From Candidatus Evtepia faecavium (GTDB lineage Bacteria > Bacillota > Clostridia > Oscillospirales > Oscillospiraceae), in NCBI GenBank assembly GCA_019115545.1, contig DXDK01000046.1, positions 39,706 through 103,705 of the forward strand: a stretch of DNA of 64,000 bases. Direction: 5' to 3'. Position 1 is the stretch's first letter, and every line of letters starts with the position of its first letter. Below, piece by piece: positions 1 to 7,050 of this stretch. The notes below the pieces were generated by a model. It worked only from the letters and a program-made list of their open reading frames with translations. It was not told the DNA's origin and did not search any database. A program made the position numbers and the translations under genes.

Positions 1-531
1 GCTGAGAAGGTACCCGTGGGCGCAGTGGAGCTGGACGCCGTCAAAGCCCATGGCCTGGGCGGCCTGGGCGGCGTCCACGAAGTCGGCCCGGATCTTGTCC
101 ATGTCGGCGGGGGTGATCTCGGTGGTCTCCATCTCGTTGGGGGCCTTGAGCCCGCCGGAGGGGGCCAGGAGCTTGCCCCCGGCCACGTGCTTTTCCGGCA
201 TGAACACGTTCATGCCCGCGTGCATCAGCTGGAGGATCAGCTTGCCCCCGGCGGCGTGGACGGCGTCCAGCACTTCCTTCTGGCTGGCCCGCTGTTCCGG
301 GGTGGCAAAGCCCACCTGGATCCCGGTGGACCGGGCTTCCGGGGAGATGTAGCTGTAGGCGGTGATGATGGCGCCGGTGCCGGCGGCGGCAATTTCCCGG
401 TAGAGGTCCACCTGCTTGGCGTCGCAGGTGCCGTCCCGGTGGCCGAAGGGGTCCTGGGTGGCGGAGCGGATCACCCGGTTGGGCAGGGTGAGGGTGCCGA
501 TCTTGCCGGGGGTAAAGAGGGTAGAAGCCAT
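1..531 (-). CDS. NADH:flavin oxidoreductase, Old Yellow Enzyme family (N-terminal part; gene continues past left edge)
   Basis: Not in the ORF track because it runs off the window. Reverse-strand ATG at 531-529 follows AAAGGAGAG. Translation MASTLFTPGKIGTLTLPNRVIRSATQ...LQLMHAGMN...GFDGVQLHCAHGYLLS matches the OYE TIM-barrel N-half. Confidence 0.8.
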   Translation of the reverse strand, partial: MASTLFTPGKIGTLTLPNRVIRSATQDPFGHRDGTCDAKQVDLYREIAAAGTGAIITAYSYISPEARSTGIQVGFATPEQRASQKEVLDAVHAAGGKLILQLMHAGMNVFMPEKHVAGGKLLAPSGGLKAPNEMETTEITPADMDKIRADFVDAAQAAQAMGFDGVQLHCAHGYLLS

Positions 532-717
532 GGAAACTCTCCTTTTTCAATGTTTCACTGGCAGGGGGCGCGCCCCTGCAATCCATACCGCCCTATTATA
601 GCGAACCTGGGGGAAAAACACAAGAGGCAGGGGAAAAAGGCCGGGCCGTTGCCATTGACAGCCTCCCCAGGCGGGGTTTACAATGAAGAAACTTGACGAA
701 AGAGAGGGGAATGCGCG

Positions 718-1632
718 GTGCAGGAGAGAAAAACCCTGGGCCTGGCGGCGGTCACCGGGTCCTATGTGCTGTGGGGATTTCTGACCATTTTCTGGAGCCT
801 GCTGGCCCAGGTGAACTCGGTGTACATCCTGGCCCACCGGGTGATCTGGTCCCTGGTGTTCATGGGGCTCTACCTGGTGCTGGCCCGCCGGTGGGGGGAG
901 GTGAAGGGCGCCTTCCGCAGCCGGAAGACCATGCTCAACTGCCTGCTGTGCGGGGTGCTCATCACGGTGAACTGGGGGATGTACATCTACGCGGTGAACA
1001 GCGGCCACGTCCTCCAGGCCAGTCTGGGGTATTTCATCGAGCCGGTGGTGGTGGCCCTGGTGGGGGTGGTCGCCTTCCGGGAAAAGCCCACCCCGGCGGA
1101 GACCTTCACCTTCCTCTGCGCCGTGGGGGGTATTCTGTTCCTCACCCTGCGCACGGGGACCTTCCCCACCCTGGCCCTGCTGGTGGCGGTGCCCTTCGCC
1201 GTCTACGGGGGGTTTAAGAAGAACGTCCCCCTCACCGCCCAGACCTCCCTGTTCGTGGAGACGTTGTGGGTCACCCCCGTGGCCCTGGCCTTCTCCTTCT
1301 GGTGGCAGAGCGGCCACGGCGGGCTGGCGGGGGTGCTGGGGGGCGCCTCCTTCTGGCTCCTGCCCGCCTGCGGGGTGGTGACCTCGGTGCCCCTGCTCCT
1401 GTTCAATCGGGGGGTGAAGGAGATCCCCTATTACGTGGCGGGGATCCTCATGTACATCAACCCCACCCTGCAGTTCCTGGTGGGCCTGCTGTACTTCCAC
1501 GAGGCCCTGGACGTGAACCAGTTCATCGCCTTCTGCATCATCTGGGTGGGCCTTGCCGTCACCATGGCAGACCGCATCCGCCGCCTGCGCCAGGAGAAGC
1601 GGGACTTCCAGGCCTCCCTCCGGAAGGAGTGA
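718..1632 (+). CDS. rarD: EamA/DMT-family permease, RarD-like
   Basis: 304-aa ORF with a GTG start 7 nt after GAGAGGGGA. It has many hydrophobic segments and a RarD-like N-terminus (AAVTGSYVLWGFLTIFW). Confidence 0.8.
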   Translation: MQERKTLGLAAVTGSYVLWGFLTIFWSLLAQVNSVYILAHRVIWSLVFMGLYLVLARRWGEVKGAFRSRKTMLNCLLCGVLITVNWGMYIYAVNSGHVLQASLGYFIEPVVVALVGVVAFREKPTPAETFTFLCAVGGILFLTLRTGTFPTLALLVAVPFAVYGGFKKNVPLTAQTSLFVETLWVTPVALAFSFWWQSGHGGLAGVLGGASFWLLPACGVVTSVPLLLFNRGVKEIPYYVAGILMYINPTLQFLVGLLYFHEALDVNQFIAFCIIWVGLAVTMADRIRRLRQEKRDFQASLRKE

Positions 1633-1635
1633 GCC

Positions 1636-2316
1636 TTACAGCCGCACCGGCACGGCCTGGGCCAGGGTGAGGGAGTCCGGGGTCACGGTGCAGGCGTGGG
1701 CCAGCACCTGGACCCCCGCCTGGGCCGCCCCCCGGAGGGCCTGGCCAAAGGCGGGGTGGGTTCGGTCGTTGGGGGCGAAGAAGTCCGCCTGGGCCATCTG
1801 GATGACGAAGCACACCGCCGCCTCGTACCCCGATGCCAGGCAGCCCATGAGGCCGTGGAGGTGCTTCACCCCCCGCTGGGTGGGGGCGTCGGGGAAATAG
1901 ACGGCGCCGCCCTCCTCCAGGGTGACCCCTTTGACCTCCACAAACCCCTTTCGTTCCCCGGCTTCCCAGTAGAAGTCAAACCGGGAGTCCCCGAAGGCCT
2001 GCTCGGCCTTCAGCAGGGTGAGGCCGGGGACGAAGCCGCCCCCGGCGGCCCATTCATAGAAGACGCGGTTGGGCGCCTGGGCATCCATGTTGATGAGCCG
2101 GGCGCCCTTTTCCACGGCGATGAGGTCATAGGCCGTCTTCCGCTGGGGGTTGGTGCCGGGGGTGAGCCACACCCGGGCCCCGGGGAGGAGCAATTCCCGG
2201 CAGCGGCCGGTGTTTTTCACGTGGACGGACACCTCCCGCCCCTCCAGCAGCACCTGGGCCACGAAGCGGTTGGGCCGGGCGAGAAAGACGGCGGGGGTCA
2301 CGTTGGGATAGACCAT
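1636..2316 (-). CDS. sfsA: Sugar fermentation stimulation protein SfsA
   Basis: 226-aa ORF MVYPNVTPAVFLARPNRFVAQV...HVKNTGRCRELL...YFPDAPTQRGVKHL is a typical SfsA sequence. It converges on rarD with a 3-nt gap. Confidence 0.9.
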   Translation of the reverse strand: MVYPNVTPAVFLARPNRFVAQVLLEGREVSVHVKNTGRCRELLLPGARVWLTPGTNPQRKTAYDLIAVEKGARLINMDAQAPNRVFYEWAAGGGFVPGLTLLKAEQAFGDSRFDFYWEAGERKGFVEVKGVTLEEGGAVYFPDAPTQRGVKHLHGLMGCLASGYEAAVCFVIQMAQADFFAPNDRTHPAFGQALRGAAQAGVQVLAHACTVTPDSLTLAQAVPVRL

Positions 2317-2443
2317 GGGGGCACCTCCTGGGAGAAAACGCCCTGGAAAATCCGTCCAGGACGTGGTACACTGAGAAAAACATACGCAGCGAGGGCATGA
2401 TACAACACAGAGCCGGCCCTCGTCAAGATAGGAGGGTGACGGT

Positions 2444-3943
2444 ATGAAGGACTATCTCCTGGCCCTGGACCAGGGCACCACCAGTTCCCGGGCGATCCTC
2501 TTCACCTCCGCCGGGGAAGTGGTGGCCACGGGCCAGATCCCCTTCCGCCAGCACTACCCCCAGCCCGGCTGGGTGGAGCACGACCCCCTGGAACTGCTGG
2601 ACAGCCAACTCCAGGCGGCGGCCCAGTGCGTGGCGGCCAGCGGCGTGGCCCCGGGGGACATTGCCGCCCTGGGCCTGGCCAACCAGCGGGAGACCGCCCT
2701 GCTGTGGGAGAAGGCCACCGGCCAGCCGGTGGGCCGCGCCATCGTCTGGCAGTGCCGGCGGACGGCGGCCTTCTGCACCCAGCTCCAGGAGGAGGGGTAC
2801 ACCGAGGCCATCCGGGCCCGGACGGGGCTGCTGCCCGACGCCTACTTCTCCGGCACCAAGTACCGCTGGCTGCTGGACCACATCCCCGGGGCCCGGCGGC
2901 GGGCCGAGCGGGGGGAGCTGCTGTGCGGCACCGTAGACAGCTGGCTGCTCTGGAACCTCACCGGGGGAACGGTCCACGCCTCGGACTACTCCAACTGCTG
3001 CCGCACCCTGCTCTTTGACATCCACCGCCTGGGGTGGGACGAGACCCTCTGCCAGCTGTTGGACGTTCCCCAGATCCTCCTCCCCCGGCCGGTGGAGAAC
3101 AGCGGGGACCTGGGGGTGGTGGCCCCGGGGGTGCCCCATCTGGAGGCCCTGGCCGGCCTGCCCATCCGGGGCATGGCGGGGGACCAGCAGGCCGCTCTCT
3201 TCGGCCAGGGGTGTTTCGCCCCGGGGCAGCTGAAGAACACCTACGGCACTGGCTGCTTCACCCTGATGAACACCGGGACCGCGCCGGTGACTTCCCAAAA
3301 CGGCCTGCTCACCTGCGTAGGCTGGGGCCTGGGAGGCGAGACCACCTACGTGCTGGAGGGGAGCGTGTTCAACGCCGGCTCCTCCATCCAGTGGCTGCGG
3401 GACGAGCTGGGGCTCATCGAGAAGGCCAGCGACTGCGATGTGCTGGCCGAGCAGGTGCCGGACAACGGAGGGGTCTACCTGGTCTCCGCCTTCACCGGTC
3501 TGGGGGCGCCCTATTGGGACATGTACGCCCGGGGGGCGGTGGTGGGCCTCACCCGGGGCACCACCCGGGCCCATCTCTGCCGGGCCACCCTGGAGGGCAT
3601 CGCCTACCAGACCGCCGACCTCATCGCTGCCATGGAGCGGGACGCGGGGCAGAAGATCCCCGCCCTTCGGGCCGACGGCGGGGCCAGCGTCAGTGACTTT
3701 TTGATGCAGTTCCAGGCCGATCTCCTGGGGGTCCCCGTGGAGCGGCCGGCGGTGGTGGAGACCACCGCCTGGGGGGCTGCCTGCCTGGCAGGCCTGGGAG
3801 CGGGGCTGTGGTCCTCTCCCCAGGAGATCCCCCGGGCCGGCGGGGGGAAGATCTATACCCCGAAAACCGACCGCAGCCGGGCCTATGCCCAATGGAAACG
3901 GGCCCTGGAACGGGCCAAAGCCTGGGAGGAGGCAGAACCATGA
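2444..3943 (+). CDS. glpK: Glycerol kinase
   Basis: 499-aa ORF MKDYLLALDQGTTSSRAILF...NTYGTGCF...ADGGAS carries FGGY kinase/GlpK signatures. SD GGAGGGTG lies upstream. Confidence 0.97.
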   Translation: MKDYLLALDQGTTSSRAILFTSAGEVVATGQIPFRQHYPQPGWVEHDPLELLDSQLQAAAQCVAASGVAPGDIAALGLANQRETALLWEKATGQPVGRAIVWQCRRTAAFCTQLQEEGYTEAIRARTGLLPDAYFSGTKYRWLLDHIPGARRRAERGELLCGTVDSWLLWNLTGGTVHASDYSNCCRTLLFDIHRLGWDETLCQLLDVPQILLPRPVENSGDLGVVAPGVPHLEALAGLPIRGMAGDQQAALFGQGCFAPGQLKNTYGTGCFTLMNTGTAPVTSQNGLLTCVGWGLGGETTYVLEGSVFNAGSSIQWLRDELGLIEKASDCDVLAEQVPDNGGVYLVSAFTGLGAPYWDMYARGAVVGLTRGTTRAHLCRATLEGIAYQTADLIAAMERDAGQKIPALRADGGASVSDFLMQFQADLLGVPVERPAVVETTAWGAACLAGLGAGLWSSPQEIPRAGGGKIYTPKTDRSRAYAQWKRALERAKAWEEAEP

Positions 3944-5172
3944 CCGCCTTGGAACGCTTTTTGCGCTATGTAAGTTATGACACCCAGTCCTCGGAGACTT
4001 CCCAGGACACCCCCTCCACCCCCAAGCAGCGCCTGCTGGGGGCGGAACTGGCCCGGGAGCTCCAGGCCCTGGGCCTGGAGGGGGCCCACCTGGCGGAGAA
4101 CGGGGCGGTGTACGCCTGGCTCCCCGCCTCCCCGGGGAAGGAGGGGGTCCCGGTGCTGGCCCTCCTGGCCCACCTGGACACCGCCCCCCGGGTGCCCAGC
4201 GAACACGTCCGGGCCCGGGTGGTCCGCTACCAGGGCGGGGACCTGGTGCTCAACCAGGAGCAGGGCATCGCCATGTCCCCGGCGGACTTCCCCGACCTGG
4301 CCGATCAGGTGGGGCGGGAGCTGGTGGTCACCGACGGCACCACCCTCCTGGGGGCCGACGACAAGGCCGGGGTGGCGGAGATCCTCACCGCCCTGGAGAC
4401 CCTCCTCGCCCACCCGGAGCTCCCCCACGGCCGGGTGGCGGTGTGCATCACCCCCGACGAGGAGGTGGGCCGGGGGGCCGGCTATGTGGACCTGGACAAG
4501 CTGGGGGCCGCCTTCGGCTACACCGTGGACGGCGGCCCCTTGGGGGAGCTGGAGTATGAGAACTTCAACGCCGCCGAGGCGGAGGTCCTCTTCCACGGGG
4601 TGAACATCCACCCGGGGGAGGGGAAGAACAAGCTCCGCAACGCCAGCCTCATGGCCGCCCAGTTCATCGCCATGGTCCCCCCGGCGGAGTCCCCCGCCCA
4701 CACCGAGGGGTACGAGGGCTTCTACCACCTGTGCACCATGGAGGGGGACGAGAGCCTGGCCCGGCTCCAGTGGCTCATCCGGGACCACGACTGGGACAGC
4801 TTCCAGCGGCGCAAGCGCACCCTGGAGGGGATCGCCTTCTACCTGGAGACCCGGTACGGCCTGGGCACGGTGGAGGTGAAGCTCACCGACTCCTATTACA
4901 ATATGCGGGAGAAGGTCCTCCCCCACCCCCAGCTGCTGGACTGGGCCCGGGAAGCCTTCCGCCGGGCAGGGGTGGAACCCAGGGACGTCCCCATCCGGGG
5001 GGGCACCGACGGGGCCCAGCTGAGCTGGCGGGGCCTGCCTTGCCCCAACCTCTCCACCGGGGGGTATCACTTCCACGGGGTTTATGAGTATATCCCCGTC
5101 CAGTCCCTGGAGACCATGGCGCAGGTTTTGGTGCACCTGGTCACCGGGGCGGCCCAGGGGGGAAATTTTTGA
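3940..5172 (+). CDS. pepT: Peptidase T (tripeptide aminopeptidase, M20B)
   Basis: The in-frame ATG at 3940 overlaps the glpK stop (ATGA). MTALERFLRYVSYDTQS...AHLDTAP...GADDKAGVAEI...TPDEEVG...GGTDG is the PepT pattern. The track ORF start at 3808 is an upstream extension. Confidence 0.92.
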   Translation: MTALERFLRYVSYDTQSSETSQDTPSTPKQRLLGAELARELQALGLEGAHLAENGAVYAWLPASPGKEGVPVLALLAHLDTAPRVPSEHVRARVVRYQGGDLVLNQEQGIAMSPADFPDLADQVGRELVVTDGTTLLGADDKAGVAEILTALETLLAHPELPHGRVAVCITPDEEVGRGAGYVDLDKLGAAFGYTVDGGPLGELEYENFNAAEAEVLFHGVNIHPGEGKNKLRNASLMAAQFIAMVPPAESPAHTEGYEGFYHLCTMEGDESLARLQWLIRDHDWDSFQRRKRTLEGIAFYLETRYGLGTVEVKLTDSYYNMREKVLPHPQLLDWAREAFRRAGVEPRDVPIRGGTDGAQLSWRGLPCPNLSTGGYHFHGVYEYIPVQSLETMAQVLVHLVTGAAQGGNF

Positions 5173-5191
5173 AAAAATCGAAAAATTCCTG

Positions 5192-5220
5192 TTGACAAAC
5201 GGGGGAGAGTTCGATATACT
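5192..5220 (+). promoter_or_regulatory. Sigma-70/SigA-type promoter of the tRNA cluster
   Basis: TTGACA (5192-5197), 17-nt spacer, TATACT (5215-5220), about 30 nt upstream of tRNA-Met. Confidence 0.6.
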
Positions 5221-5249
5221 AAATATCGCTCGTTACGGCGGGCGAACAC

Positions 5250-5326
5250 GGCGGCATAGCTCAGTTGGCTAGAGCATTCGGTTCATACCCGAAGTGTCAC
5301 TGGTTCAAATCCAGTTGCCGCTACCA
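5250..5326 (+). tRNA. tRNA-Met (anticodon CAT), elongator type
   Basis: Manual cloverleaf: acceptor GGCGGCA/TGCCGCT, anticodon stem TTCGG/CCGAA, loop TTCATAC, T-loop TTCAAAT, encoded CCA. A lysidine-modified tRNA-Ile2 cannot be excluded from sequence alone. Confidence 0.85.
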
Positions 5327-5361
5327 TGGTTTTGGGAGGGCAACCTCCCGGAACCACTTCC

Positions 5362-5436
5362 GGCCCGTTGGTCAAGTGGTTAAGACACCGCCCTTTCACG
5401 GCGGTAACATGGGTTCGAGTCCCGTACGGGTCACCA
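5362..5436 (+). tRNA. tRNA-Glu (anticodon TTC)
   Basis: GGCCCGTTGGTCAAGTGGTTAAGACACCGCCCTTTCACGGCGG...TTCGAGTCCCGTACGGGTCACCA is near-identical to canonical Firmicute tRNA-Glu. CCA is encoded. Confidence 0.93.
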
Positions 5437-5439
5437 TAT

Positions 5440-5515
5440 GGAGGCATAGCTCAGCTGGTAGAGCGCTCGCCTCACACGCGAGAGGTCACAGATTCGAGTT
5501 CTGTTGTCTCCACCA
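5440..5515 (+). tRNA. tRNA-Val (anticodon CAC)
   Basis: Acceptor GGAGGCA/TGTCTCC, anticodon stem CTCGC/GCGAG, loop CTCACAC, T-loop TTCGAGT, encoded CCA. Confidence 0.9.
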
Positions 5516-5553
5516 TAAGAAAAAGACGCACCGTTGGGTGCGTCTTTTTCTTA
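5516..5553. terminator. Intrinsic terminator after the tRNA cluster
   Basis: Perfect hairpin TAAGAAAAAGACGCACC-GTTG-GGTGCGTCTTTTTCTTA. A and T runs on both sides make it bidirectional in form. Confidence 0.8.
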
Positions 5554-5680
5554 TGGCGGGCCAACAGAATACTTTACTTGCTTCCAGGCGAATGAATCGC
5601 CCGGAAGCCAAGGGTTTGGGCAGAAACGGGCGAGCCCTGTCCCGGATGGGCGGAGAATGGGGGTTTTTTGGATGGGGTTC

Positions 5681-5709
5681 TTGCCAAACCTTTGGGGATT
5701 TGCTATACT
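5681..5709 (+). promoter_or_regulatory. Putative promoter of degV
   Basis: TTGCCA (5681-5686), 17 nt, TATACT (5704-5709). It leaves a leader of about 100 nt rich in GC hairpins. Confidence 0.5.
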
Positions 5710-5817
5710 GCACGTAAACGGGCGCCCGGACCCTTGGGGCGGGCGCGTGCCATGAGACCGTTGCGGCCGGCGGGGACCATCCCCGCCCGGCGGAGAGAAT
5801 AGAGGAGGAACCCTTCC

Positions 5818-6693
5818 ATGAACAGAAACTATCGCATCATCACAGACGCCACCGCGGACATGACCCCGGAGATGCTGATCGGCCTGCCGGAGGTGGACAT
5901 CATCCCCATGGACATCACCCTGGGGGAGGACGCCTACACCTACGGCCCCGGGGGGAACATCACCGTGGAGGAGTTCTACGCCGCCCAGCGGGGGGGCAAG
6001 TTCGCCACCACCTCCCAGATCAACCCCACCGTCTATCTGGAGCACTTCGAGGCCTGCCTGCAGCGGGGGGAGGACGTCCTCTACCTCTGCTTCACCTCCG
6101 GCCTGTCCGGCACCTATCAGGCGGCTGTGATCTGCGCCGAGGAGCTCCAGGGCAAGTACCCCGAGGGGCGGGTGGTGTGCATCGACACCCTCTGCGCCTC
6201 CGTGGGGGAGGGCTTCCTGGTGCGGGAGGCCCTGCGCAAGCAGAAGGAGGGCCTCACCCTGGACGAGATGGTCCAGTGGGTCAACGACCACCGGCAGAAG
6301 GTGTGCCACTGGTTCACCGTGGACACCTTTGAGCACCTGAAGCACGGCGGCCGGGTCTCCGGCGCCGCGGCCATGATGGGCACCCTGCTGCAGATCAAGC
6401 CCATGCTCCACGTGTCCATGGACGGCAAGCTGGAGGTGGCGGAGAAGCCCCGGGGGGCCAAGCGGGCCCTGGCCGCCCAGATGGCCCGGATGAAGAAGGG
6501 CTGGACCCCCGAAGAGGGCAAGCTCATCGTGGTGGGCCACGGGGACTGCCTGGACCGGGCGGAGGAGCTGGCCGCCCAGGTGAAGGCCGTCTATCCGGAC
6601 ACCGAGATCTACCCCGTGCCCATCGGCCCCATCATCGGCTCCCACACCGGGCCGGGGATGCTGGCCCTCATCTTCTGGGGCACCGAGCGGTAA
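5818..6693 (+). CDS. DegV family fatty-acid-binding protein
   Basis: 291-aa ORF MNRNYRIITDATADMTPE...TTSQINP...CIDTLCASVGEG...GSHTGPGMLAL is typical of the DegV family. SD GAGGAGG lies upstream. Confidence 0.92.
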   Translation: MNRNYRIITDATADMTPEMLIGLPEVDIIPMDITLGEDAYTYGPGGNITVEEFYAAQRGGKFATTSQINPTVYLEHFEACLQRGEDVLYLCFTSGLSGTYQAAVICAEELQGKYPEGRVVCIDTLCASVGEGFLVREALRKQKEGLTLDEMVQWVNDHRQKVCHWFTVDTFEHLKHGGRVSGAAAMMGTLLQIKPMLHVSMDGKLEVAEKPRGAKRALAAQMARMKKGWTPEEGKLIVVGHGDCLDRAEELAAQVKAVYPDTEIYPVPIGPIIGSHTGPGMLALIFWGTER

Positions 6694-6718
6694 GGGAAGC
6701 GGGCTTTGCAACTTTCCC

Positions 6719-6746
6719 TTGACAGGGCCGAAATCCATGATAGAAT
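6719..6746 (+). promoter_or_regulatory. Promoter of the alaS T-box leader
   Basis: TTGACA (6719-6724), 16 nt, TAGAAT (6741-6746). Confidence 0.6.
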
Positions 6747-6749
6747 AAA

Positions 6750-6997
6750 AAGCGACATTGCAGCATGGCGATGAGGAAGCCCATGTGTCGGGCCGCCCAA
6801 GCGAGAGGGGAAACGGTGCAAGCCCCTTGGCAAACGTCCGGCACAAAGCCACTTCCAGAGCCGCCCGGGAGGACCGGGCCGGGCCATTCCCGTTACCGAA
6901 TGACTGAGACGCAGAGGCTTTTGCCCTCTGTAATCAGGGTGGTACCGCGCCGTGAATCCACGCCGCCCCTGAAGCCGTTCAGGGGCGGCGTTTTTCT
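6750..6997 (+). promoter_or_regulatory. T-box riboswitch leader (Ala-specific by context)
   Basis: AGAGG/GGTGCAAGCC Stem I elements are present. The conserved T-box AATCAGGGTGGTACCGCG lies at 6932-6949. A terminator ACGCCGCCCCTGAA-GCCG-TTCAGGGGCGGCGTTTTTCT lies at 6960-6996, directly upstream of alaS. The candidate specifier is GCC followed by A at 6848-6851. Confidence 0.88.
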
Positions 6998-7050
6998 ATG
7001 GGTGTGAGAAACTTGCAGAGAAATTCATTTTCATCGGAGGTATGTTTACC

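Noticed and set aside
2390-2422. Hairpin CGAGGGC-19nt-GCCCTCG in the glpK leader, considered as a GlpP-type antiterminator target
   Set aside because: The stem is short with a large loop and has no following U tract. No glpP gene is present in the window.
5250-5326. tRNA(CAT) as the initiator tRNA-fMet
   Set aside because: Positions 1 and 72 pair (G:U wobble), unlike the C1:A72 mismatch of initiators. The anticodon stem (TTCGG/CCGAA) lacks the three consecutive G:C pairs characteristic of initiator tRNA.
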